NCBI GenBank assembly: GCA_030390025.1
Contig: CM059432.1
Span: 42,844,001 to 42,908,000 of the forward strand
From: Squalus acanthias
Lineage: Eukaryota
Direction of reading: 5' to 3'
DNA length: 64,000 nt
The first letter of the stretch is position 1, and every line of letters begins with the position of its first letter. Positions 37,975-50,075 of the stretch are shown here, one piece after another. Under the pieces are notes generated by a model. The model had not been told where the DNA came from. It was given only the letters and a program-made list of their open reading frames with translations, and ran no database searches. The translations under genes were made by a program, and so were the position numbers.

Positions 37975-40075
37975 GAATGGCAACATGGGTGCTTTCTGCC
38001 CTCTCATACAGTTTTTGACAGGCTATTTGACCAAGTGAGACATCACAGCAAAGTCTGATTTTGTCCTTGTCTAATGTTCATTCCAGTGCATTCTATAGGG
38101 AACGGTAGCGTAGTGGTAATGTCACTGGACTAGTAATCCAGAAGCCTGGACTAATGATCCAGAGCCTGGGTAGTCCTGTCCCACTGGCAGGACAGACCCA
38201 CCAGGGGTGGCGGCACAGTGGTATACAGTCGGGAAGGAGTGGCCCTGGGAGTCCTCAACATTGACTCCGGACCCCATGAAGTCTCATGGCTTCAGGTCAA
38301 GCATAGGCAAGGAAACCTCCTGCCACCTACTGCCCTCCCTCAGCTGATGAATCAGTACTCTGCCATGTTGAACACCACTTGGAAGAAGCACTGAGAGTAG
38401 CAAGGGCACAGAATGTACTCTGGCTGGGGGAATTCAATGTCCATCACCAAGAGTGGCTCGGTAGCACCACTACTGACCGAGCTGGCTGAGTCCTGAAGGA
38501 CATAACTGCCAGTCTGGGCCTGCGACAGGTGGTGAGAGAACCAACACGAGGGAAAAACCTACTTGACCTTGTCCTCACCAATCTATATGACAGCATTGGT
38601 AGCAGTGACCACCGCACGTCATTGTGGAGACAAAGTCCCGTCTTCACACTTAGGACATCCTCCATCATGTTGTGTGGCACTACCACTGTGCTAAATGGGA
38701 TAGATCCAGAACAGATCTAGCAGCTCAAAACTGGGCATCAATGAGGTGCTGTGGGCCATCAGCAGCAGAAGCAGCAGAATTGTATTCCACCACAATCTGT
38801 AACCTCATGTCCCGGCATATCCTTCACTCTACCATTACCATCAAGCCAGGGGACCAACCCTGGTTCAATAAGGAGGGTAGAAGAGCATGCCAGGAGCAGC
38901 ACCAGGCGTACCTAAAAATGAGGTGCCAACCTGGGGAAGCTGCAACATAGGACTTGCATGCATGCATGCTAAACAATGGCAGCAGCATGCTATAGACAGG
39001 GCTAAGCGATCCCACAATCAACGGATCAGATCAAAGCTCTACAGTCCTGCCACATCCAGTCGTGAATGGTGGTGAACCATTAAACAACTAACGGGAGGAG
39101 GAGGCTCCATGAATATCCCCATCCTCAATGATGGTGGAGCCCAGCACGTGAGTGCAAAAGACAAGGCTGAAACATTTGCAACCGTCTTCAGCCAGAAGTG
39201 CCGAGTGGATGATCCATATCGGCTTACTCCTGAGGTTCCCACCATCACAGAAGCCAGTCTTCAGCCAATTCGATTCACCCCACATGATATCAAGAAACAG
39301 CTGAGTGCACTTGATACAGAGGCTAGGTATTCTGCGACGAGTGTCTCACCTCCTGACTCCCCAAAGCCTTTCCACAATCTACAAGGCACAAATAAGGAGT
39401 GTGATGGAATACTCTCCACTTGCCTCGATGAGGGCAGCTCCAACAACACTCAAGAAGCTCGACACCATCCAGGGCAAAGCAGCCCGCTTGATTGGCACCC
39501 CATCCATCACCTTAAACATTCACTGCCTCCGCCACCAGCGTACCGTGGCTGCAGTGTGTACCGTCTACAAGATGCACTGCAGCAACTTGCCAAGGCTTCT
39601 TCGGCAGCACCTCCCAAACCCGAAACCTCTTCCACCTAGAAGGACAAGGGCAGCAGGCACATGGGAACAGCACCACCTCCAAGTCACACACCATCCTGAC
39701 TTAGAAGTATATTGCTGATGCTTCATCGTCGCTGGGTCAAAATCCTGGAACTCCCTACCTAACAGCACTGTGGGAGTACCTTCACCACACGGACTGCAGC
39801 GTTTCAAGAAGGCGGCTCACCACCACCTTCTCAAGGGCAAGTAGGGTTGGGCAATAAATGCTGGCCTTGCCAGCGATGCCCACATCCCATAAAAAAAAAT
39901 TAAAACATTAAAATTCTCCTGCAGGGGTCACTGGATAGTGAACAGGAGTGGAAAGTCTGGCTGATATTTCCACTCCCTTGTCCAAGGGTGTTGATTGTAG
40001 TGCCCCTACTGCTGCCCTCACTGAAGTCAGCGAACTCATCACAGAATGGGCAACAAAGCTGGCCTACATTGCTTT
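37975..40075 (-). mobile_element. Old SINE (AmnSINE2-like) split by the 38095-39912 insertion
   Basis: Pieces 37975-38094 and 39913-40075 are reverse-complement homologues of consecutive parts of 48130-48419 (CTATCCAGTGA; CTGTGATG; AAATAGC). Name from memory. Confidence 0.55.
38095..39912 (+). mobile_element. tRNA-headed, internally deleted CR1-group (Zenon-like) LINE
   Basis: Head GGTAGCGTAGTGGTAATGTCACTGGACTAG; endonuclease motifs DRPTRGGG, EPTRGKNLLDLVLTN, SDH; RT core missing at about 39319; A-tail; flanking ATTCT direct repeat. Confidence 0.82.
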
Positions 40076-40089
40076 GTACCATACTAAAA

Positions 40090-40535
40090 AAAGAAAGACT
40101 TGCATTTATATAGCGCCTTTCACAACCACCAGACGTCCCAAATGCTTTACAGCCAATGAACTACTTTTGAAGTGGAGTCACTGTGTAACGTGGGAAACAC
40201 GGCAGCCAATTTACACACAGCTAGCTCCCAGAAACAGCAATGTTTTTTGTTATGTTGATGGAGGGATAAATATTGGGCAGGACCCCAGGGATAACTCCCC
40301 TGCTCGTCTTCGAAATAGTGCGCTGGGATCTTTTACGTCCACCTGAGAGAGCAGACGGGGCCTTGGTTTAATGTCTCATCCAAAAGATGGCACCTCCGAC
40401 AGTGCAGCAGTCCCTCAGTACCGCACTGGAGCGACAGACTAGAGTTTCTGTGCTCGAGTCCCTGGAGTGGGATTATGAACTCACAACCTTCTGACTCAGA
40501 GGCGAGAGTGCTACCCACTGAGCCACAGCTGACAC
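40090..40535 (-). mobile_element. Full-length tRNA-derived Deu-type SINE (SacSINE1-like) with an L2-like tail
   Basis: Minus-strand head TGGCTCAGTGGGTAGCAC..GAGTTCA; central domain; AAAGGCGCTATATAAATGCAAG tail shared with the L2 copies. Confidence 0.8.
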
Positions 40536-41314
40536 TCAAAAAACGAAGTAATGCATTTACCATTTGAGCTAGCAGGCAGAAATTGAAGGGTTTTGTTTTT
40601 TTGCTTTGCGGAGTTCAGAAAGGATGGCTGCAGGAATGACACAGTGACCGCTAACAGAGTTATTGCTCATAACTGGTAACAGTGGCAAAGCACTGGTGTA
40701 TGCAAGTGCCACCATCAAAGTGCAAATATAAAACAAGGAAGTGTTACTAAACTACATGCAAGGTCAATGCAAAAGGAATTACATTTTGTCCAATCACTGA
40801 GGTAATGTGATACTATATAGCACCTAAATATTACTTTAATTAGATCATATTTTGTGCAGTACAGATTTTTGTTGCTTAGTTTCAGTGTATAATTAATTGA
40901 GGGGTTATGTTTCTCCAGATGTTTTCCTTAGTCACTGGTTTGGATTAATTTATTAGTGTAGCCTTTTTGTTTACATTTACGTATTGTTTTATGGAAATAC
41001 ATCCTTCACCAACTAAGGTAACATATGTAAATAATAGAAATTTTTGGCATTCTGTCAGGACACTGAGTGATCTCCTCAGCTTTATTTCCAGGGGGAATTG
41101 TGTGAATGAAAACTTAGAACCAACACCACAAGAGGGCTGACCTTGTTAACAAAAAGAAAATCCTGATTGGCTGAACCTCAGTGATTGTATCATGTCAATT
41201 AAAGGAATCGTCAAAGCTTAACTGTTATCTTCAATTATTTTTGAAATTGTGATCTCAATACTTACATTAGAAAAAATTATAACTTTTAAATATTACTATG
41301 CTGTGACTAAACTG

Positions 41315-42245
41315 TTATGAACATACGAACAATGATGGACAGGAAAAGCCCCCCTGGTCCATTCAGCCTATCCCACACAATTGTGATGCCTTGTGCATCA
41401 CAATATTTACATACCCAAAAACCATGTGATCTCCTGGGAGAGGCGAAAAAACAGAGAAAAATGCAGGCCAATTTGGGGGGGAAAAAATCTGGGAATTTCC
41501 TCTCCGATCCCCTTCGGCGATCATAACTATTCCAAGAGATCACCCTGGCCCTGATAATGCTATGCAGTATCTATCATTTGTACGAGATGGTCGCTGCCCC
41601 AGCCAGAAACAGGTCCAGCTCTTGCCTGAAGGAATTCAGTAAATCAGCATCCACTGCATGAGAGGGCAGCCTGTTCCAGAGGTCCACTATTCTCTGGGAA
41701 AAGAACCACCTCCTAACGTAGATCTGGTCTTTGCAACTTAAAATTGTCTTGGTCCTTCATAACCTATTGGAACAAACTGTCTACTTGAGCACAATCTATT
41801 CTCTACATCATCTTATAAACCTCTATCAAATCATCCCATAGTCTATGCTTCTCTAAAGTGTAGAGTTCCAGCTCTTTTAGCCTATCTTCATAACTAAGAT
41901 GCTTCAACCTGGGAATTAATCTAGTGGCCCTCCTTTGCATCCTTTCCAAAGCCTCAATATCATTCAACATGTGGAGACCTAAACTGGACACTGTATTCTA
42001 ACTGAGGCCTGACCAACGTCTTGCACAAGTACAAAATAGTATGTTTTGTCTGATAATCAATTGTCCTATAAGTGCACCCTAACACCCTATTCGCTCTAGC
42101 TATCGCTTCACGAAATTGCTCATGCACCTTTAAAGATCTATGCACTAGAATGTTCAGATCTCTTTCTTTCTCCACCTGCTTTAATGCTTTTCCCTTAAGG
42201 GTGTATGTCTGTTCAGCAATCACCCTGCCCACATACATAACACAG
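41315..42245 (-). mobile_element. CR1 LINE fragment, distinct subfamily
   Basis: EKERDLNILVHRSLK, LVRPQLEYSVQF, LERMQRRATRLIP; long 3' UTR. Confidence 0.88.
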
Positions 42246-42960
42246 CACATTCTTCAGATAAACATATTGGCCAAATTTTGCGTGGAGAATAACAGTGAGG
42301 CCAACAGCGCTCCCCGTTAATACGGAGAAAATCGGACAGCAACTTCCGGCGTCCGCACATGTGCATTTAAATGTGGAAATCTGGAAGTTGCTGTCAGAGA
42401 TACCCCACTCCTCCACAGGGTGTGCTGTAACAGTCTCAGCAATGAAAGACATGCAATGGCATGAACTTGGGGTACTTGGACACTAGTTCCCCACTAAAGA
42501 TGCCATAAATAGTTAGGGCTGGTGCATTCAGGAGTAAGTGAATTTTTAATGGCGCGATAAGTGATAATAACTGCCAAACAATCTCTCTGGCCCTGAAAAT
42601 TTAATTTCACATGTGTGGAGTCTCATTTCTTCAGAAGTTAATTAGTGTTGGAGATTTTAAAAATTAAATGAAAATATTTTTTTTAGCTTTTTCTGTCTGT
42701 CTCTTTTATCTCTCTCTTAATCCCATCTGTCTTTCCCAATCTTTATTCCACTTTCTGTACATGATTTAAATCTAATTTATACTTACTGCTTTATACTTCC
42801 TGGTTTAGACTCGGGGAGGTTAAATTGGATAGCCCCTGAAAAAGGGCACGGGGATCACAATGCATGTTTGAAATGCAGGCAGCACGCCATCTTCATAATA
42901 ACAACAGAAAACGCTGGAAAAACTCAGCAGGCCAGGCAGCATCCGTGGAGAGAGAAAGAG

Positions 42961-42997
42961 AGTTAACGTTTCAGGTCGATGACCTTTCATCAGAACT
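42961..42997 (-). ncRNA. Minimal type I hammerhead ribozyme motif of a Penelope-like element
   Basis: AGTT-CTGATGA-A-AGGTC(ATC)GACCT-GAAA-CG-TT-AACT: stem I AGTT/AACT, conserved core, palindromic ACGT in place of stem III. Confidence 0.75.
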
Positions 42998-43275
42998 GGG
43001 AAGAGCCGGAAATCAAATAGATTTAAGGCCAGGGTAAAGCTGGGAAAAGGGGGAGGGGATAAAGGAACAAAAGGAGAGATGAAGAGACATTAAGAGACAT
43101 TAAGAGATATGCAAGGCTAGAGGTGGTGTTAATGTGACAGATTAAGGCTGAATGAAGTGTGAAATCCACTGGCAGAATGAAGGACAGCTGCCAGCTTCTA
43201 GGAGGAAAAAAAAGGTGGGGGGGGGACAAATAAAAGGGTGGATAAAATAAAATATAAATGTGATTGGAGCTGAGG

Positions 43276-44022
43276 TTATGATCTAAAATTGTTGAACTCG
43301 ATATTGAGTCCAGAGGGCTGTAGCGTGCCTAAACGAAAGATGAGGTGCTGTTCCTCGAGCTTACGCTGAGCTTCCATGGAACAGTGTAATAGGCCGAGGA
43401 CGGTGAGGTCAGAGTGGGAGTGAAGCGGTGAATTAAAGTGACAGGCCACCGGGAGCTCGGGGTCCCCCTTACGGACTGAACGGAGGTGTTCCGCAAAGCG
43501 GTCACCCAATCTGCGTTTGGTCTCCCCAATGTAGAGGAGTCCACATCGTGAGCAGCGAATACAGTATACTAAATTGCAGGAAGTACAAGTAAATCGCTGT
43601 TTCACCTGGAAGGGGTGTTTGGGGCCCTGGACAGTGGGAAGAGGGGAGGTATAAGGGCATGTGTTGCATCTCCTGCGCGTGCACGGGAAGGTGCCGGGCG
43701 ATGGGGAAGGGGTGCTGGGGGTGGTAGAGGAGTGGACTAGGGTGTCGCGGAGGGAGCGGTCCCTACGGAATGCTGAAAGGGGAGGTGAGGGGAAGATGTG
43801 TTTGGTGGTGGGATCACGCTGGAGGTGGCGGAAATGGCGGAGGATGATCCGTTGAATGTGGAGGCTGGTGGGGTGAAAGGTGAGGACAAGGGGAACCCTA
43901 TCGTGGTTCCGGAAGGGAGGGGCAGGGGTGAGGGCAGATGTGCGGGAGATAGAACGGACACGGTCGAGGGCCGTGTCGACCACGGTAGAGGGGAATCCTC
44001 GGTTGAGGAAAAAGGAAGACAT
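43276..44022 (-). CDS. C-terminal part of the Penelope-like ORF: linker plus GIY-YIG endonuclease (truncated copy, frame open)
   Basis: CTRRRCNTC ... LVYCIRCSRCGLLYIGETKRRLGDRFAEH ... HFN ... H ... LEEQHLI ... GLN. Confidence 0.85.
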   Translation of the reverse strand: MSSFFLNRGFPSTVVDTALDRVRSISRTSALTPAPPFRNHDRVPLVLTFHPTSLHIQRIILRHFRHLQRDPTTKHIFPSPPLSAFRRDRSLRDTLVHSSTTPSTPSPSPGTFPCTRRRCNTCPYTSPLPTVQGPKHPFQVKQRFTCTSCNLVYCIRCSRCGLLYIGETKRRLGDRFAEHLRSVRKGDPELPVACHFNSPLHSHSDLTVLGLLHCSMEAQRKLEEQHLIFRLGTLQPSGLNIEFNNFRS

Positions 44023-44368
44023 GTCGGAAGCACTGGTATGGAAGGTGGCATCATCAGAGCAGATGCGGCGGAGACGGAGAAACTGGGAGAATGGAATAGA
44101 GTCCTTACAGGAGGCGGGGTGGGAGGAAGTGTAGTCCAGGTAGCTGCCTGCCCATTAGTATGATTCCTGCATGCAGCCAGCACGAACACACTGTTCATTG
44201 GCTGCACGCATCAGCAGGGGACCCAAAATTATAACTGGCTAGCACTAATTAAAGCTAGCCTGCACTGCTTAAAGCTAGCCTGCACCTCTTAAAGGAGAGG
44301 TGCATTGTGGCTGAAGCAAGTGCTGGAACTCATGCAGGAAGTGATATTGACCTTGGAAACGGTGAGGA

Positions 44369-44890
44369 ATGGCACAACATGGGAGAGAACGGGCTCCAAG
44401 GTTTTCCGATGTTGCACTGGAGGCCTTGGTGGAGGAGGTGGAAAGGAGGAGAGATGTCCTATATCTGCAGGGGCCCAGGAGGCCCTCCAGACACACAGTC
44501 AAAAGGCAGTAGGAGCAGATAGCCATGGAGCTCAATGCCAGCAGTCTAGCCCCAAGAACCTGGATGAAATGCTGCAAGAAGTTCAATGACCTCACATGAG
44601 TGGTCAAGGTAAGTGAATGCATCTTCAAATGCCATATCCTACCAACAGCATCACTAGCCTCAGCCACTCCTCAATTCACTATACCCTCATCACACACCTA
44701 CCAACAATCTCTATCAATCAGGAGTCATACCTAACATTCAAATGCTCCACCGCACCCTCACACACTTAGCACTGCTGCAAGCCTCACACATCTCACAGCT
44801 TGTACACACTGCCAGCTATTCAACCATGACAGCCACATCACCCAAACAGATTGCACGACACTCACTGACAAACTTTCCTCTCTTTTGCAG
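44369..44890 (+). pseudogene. Harbinger Myb/SANT gene remnant (exon 1 44369-44608 plus intron 1)
   Basis: MAQHGRERAPRFSDVALEALVEEVERRRDVLY...Q*EQIA...RTWMKCCKKFNDLT*VVK|GTAAGT; polypyrimidine tract and TTGCAG at 44890. Confidence 0.85.
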
Positions 44891-45475
44891 GGTCTAGAAG
44901 AGGTGTAAATGGGAATAGCAGAATCAGCACCTGCTGTCCGCAAAAATAGGGGCAAAAGTTATGGTCTGAAATTGTTGAACTTGATGTTGAGTCCAGAAGG
45001 CTGTAAAGTGCCTAATTGAAAGATCAGGTGCTGTTCCTCAAGCTTAAGTTCAGCTTCATTGGAACACTGAAGAAGGCCGAGGACAAAGAAGCCAGAGTGG
45101 GAGTGGAGCAGAGAATTAAAGTGACAGGGGACCAGAAGCTCAGGGTCATGCTTGTGGACTGAACGTAGGTGTTCGCAAAGTGGTCACTAAATCTGCGTTT
45201 CATCTCCCCAATGTAGAGAAGACCGCATCGTGAACAGCGAATGCAGTGTACTAAATTGAAAGAAGTAGAAGTAAATCGCTGTTTCACCTAGAAGGAGTGT
45301 TTGGGGCCCTGAATGGTGGGAAGGGAGGAGGTAAATGGGCAGGTGTCGCATCTCTGTGCTTGCATGGGAAGGTATCGTGGGAAGGGGAGGGGGTGTTGGG
45401 TGATTGAGGAGTGGACCAGGGTGTCGCAGAGGGAACAGTCCCTTCGGAATGCTGAAATGGGAGGGGAGGGGATGA

Positions 45476-47007
45476 TAAGAAATAAGGAAATAGCAGAGAT
45501 TAAACAAATACTTTGTGTCTGTCTTCATGGAAGAAGACGCAAAAAACCTCCCGGAAATAACGGAGAACCATGGGTCTAGTGAAAATGAGGAACTGAAAGA
45601 AATTAGTATTAGTAAAAAAATAGTACTGGGGAGATTAATGGGACTGAAAGCCGATAAATCCCCAGGACCTGATGGCCTACATCCTAGGGTTTTAAAAGAG
45701 GTGGCTATAGGAGATAGTGGATGCATTGGTTGTCATCTTCCAAAATCCCATTGATTCTAGAATGCTTCCCGCGGATTAGATAGTAGCAAATGTAACCCCA
45801 CTATTTAAGAAAGGAGGGAGAGAGAAAATGGGGAACTACAGACCAATTAGCCCACACAAGAGGTTATTAAACAAAATTAGGGCTCATGGGATTGGGGGTA
45901 ATATGATGGATTGAGGATTGGTTAATGGACAGAAAACAGAGAGTAGGAATAAACGGGTAATTTTCGGGTTGGCAGGCTGTAACTAGTGGGGTACCACAAG
46001 GATCAGTGCTTGGGCCTCAGCTATTCACAATCTACATCAATGATTTGGATGAGGGGACCAAATGTAATATATCCAAGTTTGCTGAAGATACAAAGCTAGG
46101 TGGGAATGTAAGTTGTGAGGAGGATATAAAGAAGCTTCAAGGGGATATAGACAGGCTAAGTGAGTGGGCAAGAACATGGCAAATGGAATATGATGTGGAG
46201 AAATGTGAAGTTATCCACTTTGGTAGGAAAAATAGAAAAGCAGAGTATTTTTAAAATGGTGAGAGATTGGGAAATGTTGGTGTTCAGAGGGACCTGGGTG
46301 TCCTTGTATACGAATCACTAAAAGTTAACATGCAGGTACAGCAAGCAATTAGGAAAGCAAATGGTATGTTGGCCTAAATTCCAAGAGGATTTGAGTATAA
46401 AAGTAAAAACGTCTTACTGCAATTATATAGGGCCCTGGTGAGACTACACCTGGAGTATTGTGTACAGTTTTGGTCTCCTTACCTAAGGAAGGATATACTT
46501 GCCATAGAGGGAGTGCAATGAAGGTTCACCAGACTGATTCCTGGGATGGGGGATTGTCCTTTGAGGAGAGATTGAGTAGACTGGGCCTATATTCTCTAGA
46601 GTTTAGAAGAATGAGAGGTGATCTCATTGAAACATACAAAATTCTTACAGGGCTTGACTGGGTAGATGCAGGGAGGATGTTTCCCCTGACTGGGGAATCT
46701 AGAACCAGGGGTCACAGTCTCAGAATAAGGGGTCGGTCATTTAGGACTGATATGAGGAGAAAGTTCTTCACTCAGAGGGTGGTGAATCTTTGGAATTCTC
46801 TACCCCAGAGGGCTGTGGAGGCTCAGTCGTTGAGTATATTCAAGACAGAGATCGATAGATTTTTGTTAATTAAGGGAATCAAGGGATATGGGGATAGTGC
46901 AGGAAAGTGGAGTTGAGGTAGATCAGCCATGATCTTATTGAATGGCAGAGCAGGCTCAAGGGGCCGAATGGCCTACTCCTGCGCCTATTTCTTATGTTCT
47001 TATGTTA
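45476..47007 (+). mobile_element. 5'-truncated CR1 LINE with an internal RT deletion at about 45852
   Basis: KSPGPDGLHPRVLKE; YRPIS joined directly to PHKRLL; FAEDTK; TTCTTATG tail. Confidence 0.92.
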
Positions 47008-47592
47008 TTATATATCTGGTGGTGGGATCACGCTGGAGGTAGCGGAAATGGCAGAGGATGATCCAATGAATGTGGAGGCTGGTGGTGTGGAAGGTGAGTA
47101 CAAGGGGAACCGTATTATGGTTCTGGGAGGGAGGGGAAGGGGTGAGAACAGAAGAGCGGGAAATGGAACAGACACGGTCGAGAGCCCTGTCAACCATGTT
47201 GGAGGAGAATCCTCAGTTGAGGAAAAAGGAAGACATATCGGAAGAACTGGTATGGAAGGTGGCATCGCCTGAACTGATCTTTCAACTCGGCACTTTGCAG
47301 CCTTCCGGACTCAACATCAAGTTCAACAATTTCAGATCATAACCTTTGCCCCCATTTTTTCGGACAGCAGGTGCTGATTCTGCTATTCCCATTTACACCT
47401 CTTCTAGAACCATCTTTTGTTTCTTTACTTGTCCCATTACCATCTCCTTTTTCCTTGCACCATCATCCCTTTTGTCATTTAATCTCTCCTGCCTTCCACC
47501 CTATCACAGACCTTCCCTTTTGTTCTTTCCTCCCCTTCCCCTTTCCCTTCCTCTGTACTTGCTTAAAACCTGTTCCATCTGTAACGTTTTTC

Positions 47593-47629
47593 AGTTCTGA
47601 TGAAAGGTCATCGACCTGAAACGTTAACT
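47593..47629 (+). ncRNA. Minimal type I hammerhead ribozyme motif (intact copy)
   Basis: AGTTCTGATGAAAGGTCATCGACCTGAAACGTTAACT, identical to the reverse complement of 42961-42997. Confidence 0.75.
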
Positions 47630-48129
47630 ATGTTTCTCTCTCCACAGATGCTGCCTGACCTGCTCAATATTTCCAGTATTTTCTGATTGGTTGAAGAGCC
47701 TCTCTGTTGCTTAGCCTGCTCTTAGACGCCATAGATGCCCTTTAGAGGGCGCCATGCTGGATCAAACCCCGGATTTGAGCAAGTCTGCACTCAAAAGCCC
47801 GCAAAAACTTGTGGGCAGCTGTCAGCGAGGTCAACGGCGAGTGCCGTTCCTTCGCCGCTGACCGCAATATGCGGGCCAATTTACCAGTCACAAGCCCAAT
47901 GTGTCAAGATCCACCAGAAGCAGTCAAGCATTGTCTACAGTCCTAACCCTCGCACAAATCTTAACATCATCTGCAAACTTGTTGATTGGGTTCACCATCT
48001 GCCACATGTTTTGACAGCCTAGATCACTATTAACTTTGTCATTTTATCTTTCGCATAAATATCTGTACTTTTATAAGAATGCAAAAAGGGCAACATATTG
48101 TGATTTTTGTTTTGATAATGAGTTGCCCC

Positions 48130-48419
48130 AATTACTAAGGGTGTCTATGCACCAACTGGTGTTGTACTGACCTATACAGACCAGTGAAGTCCAGGTGCAG
48201 TCCATGATCTGTGCTAAATTACTTGATCTCAGCTGGAACAATTGTGGATGCATTACAACAATCTAGGTAGGGAAAAAAATCAACTAGGTTTTCTGCTTCC
48301 AATTACTATCCAGTGATACTGCAAAGAATATATATGTGGATGCCAGATAAAGACATGATCAGGATCATCCTGTGATGCCCCCGCCCCCCCCCCGCTGACA
48401 AATAGCTAACCAACTCAAT
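48130..48419 (+). mobile_element. Old SINE (AmnSINE2-like)
   Basis: TACAGACCAG..GATCTCAGCTGG..CTATCCAGTGA..CTGTGATGCCCCC..AAATAGC; homologous to the split copy at 37975-40075. Confidence 0.5.
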
Positions 48420-50075
48420 GGGCTGAATTTTGCCGGCGTTCAGAATGCTGGTTTGGAGGTGGGTTTGCTGTCAAAATCGAAATGATTGACAGTGGTTGGG
48501 AACCCGCTGTGAACCCGCCTCCATGTAAGTTTCCAAAGTGTCGGGTCTGCGATTTCAGAACAGACCCAACACCAAGCGGAGGGGGAGGCATTTAAGATAC
48601 TTAGCTGTTTGTTAAGTGCTTGTTTACTACTATTTTGCCAGCCTTTTTCTATTTTACCACATTTTTAACGGGCTTCATGTCATTCGGAGATCACGTCAGG
48701 TAAGTAGTTTGGGTTCTCTATGTCTTCCCATTGCTGTGAATAGGTGACAGCTGCAAAAGTGGTATGAAAGCTACCATTTCACAGCTGGTCACTTTCCAAT
48801 GTCAGAAGTTTGAGTCTTCAGGACTTTGAAGACACTTTTGAGCTTTATGCAGTTTGGAAGTGTTTGGAGTAAACTCTCTATCCACTGTCACCTCCTTGGA
48901 GTAAGCTCTCTCACCATTGACAGATCGCTTCAGTCATCACAACTTCAGTTGCCATCTATTCCAGCAACATCAGTGCCCTTGAAAAAATCTCACCTTGGTC
49001 CTCTGAATCCTTCCACGATCGGCCCCAACACCAACATCACCAGGCACACCAACATCACCAACAACAATACCAACCTTCTCCACAATCACCTGATGCTGCA
49101 CAGGACACAGGGCCTCAGCACCCGACAACATTGCTACCCGGGAGGCCAGCGTTGGCATCACCATGGCCAGAATTACTTCACTTGACGCTGTACACCCTGG
49201 CTGCCACATGATGCACCAGGTTAACATCACCCCACTCCAGCACCATAAAGCATTCCTACAATGCCCAAGCCATTCCTTTCACACTCATCACCATTGCGGG
49301 GGATACTGTTACGTCTCACCATTCACTGCAACTCACTAAGACACTTCCAAAGGTGAGCACAGATCTGTACATTAAGGCAAAGTGTTGAAAATAAAGATTT
49401 TAATGTTTGACAACACATTAACAGAAAATTTATATGAACAATGCATAAAACACCCAAGTGCCTACCCTTGTGTGTTGTTAGTTTGTATGATTGCACTAGG
49501 AGGAGGGTGAGTGTGAGGGGTGGCTAGTGAGATGGGGAAGTGATAATGTAGATAGAGAGGGATGGGTGGAGGTGCAAGGTAAGTTAGTGTGAGTAAGGAT
49601 GTGCAGGAGTAGGGTAGGGAAGGCAGAGTGATGGGGATGTGATGAGTGGCACAGCAGGATGAGGTTGAGTGTGGCTTGGCAGTAACGTTTCGTGATCTAC
49701 TGAAATCATTGAAAGGTTTGCATCACTGCAGCCTGGTACTCCTGACCACATCCCTACTTTGGCCCTCCTGTGCAATATGCAACCAGGCTGCATTGGTGTC
49801 CTGGGGAGGTCTCTTCTGCCCTTGGAATGGGCATATGGAAGGAGGCATGTGGGAGCCTGGGTGCAGCCGTACATTTTTATGCAGTGCTTGTCAGTGTTTG
49901 CTGCACCTCAATGCTGCAGAACACTGACAGCACAACTGTCAAAATGAATGCGGCAACGGTCCCTTTAAGGAAACCGGCTGATGACGCGTCATCAAATGAC
50001 GTCATTAGACCCACTTCCTTTTAATTGGCTGGGAACCCTGCAGGGCGGGCTTAATGAACCCTATTAACAGAAAAA
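48420..50075. mobile_element. Internally deleted Harbinger derivative, right end lost
   Basis: AAT|GGGCTGAATTTTGCC; minus-strand Myb remnant Q*CKPFNDFSRS near 49690-49730; 49890-50030 homologous to the 765 MITE promoter region. Confidence 0.7.

Larger units (their letters stand above)
42900..44137 (-). mobile_element. 5'-truncated Penelope-like retroelement
   Basis: RT thumb (DYTSSHPASCKDSIPFSQFLRLRRICS), Cys-rich linker, GIY-YIG domain, 3' UTR and a hammerhead-bearing end. Confidence 0.93.
44891..47685 (-). mobile_element. Second Penelope-like element with an inverted terminal copy (47275-47685, +), interrupted by a CR1
   Basis: GIY-YIG remnant 44960-45475 continues at 47010-47265, followed by a plus-strand copy of the ORF end and 3' UTR. 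Confidence 0.88.
42269..47885. mobile_element. Outer MITE (42269-42810 and 47687-47885) enclosing a nested stack of insertions
   Basis: Left GGCCAAATTTTGCG..AACAGTGAGGCCAACAGCGCTCCCCGTT is imperfectly mirrored by AACGGCGAGTGCCGTTCCTTCGCCGCT..CCAATTTACC. Confidence 0.5.

Noticed and set aside
38098..38165. tRNA genes (also 40470-40535)
   Set aside because: No complete cloverleaf; these are retroposon heads attached to repeat bodies.
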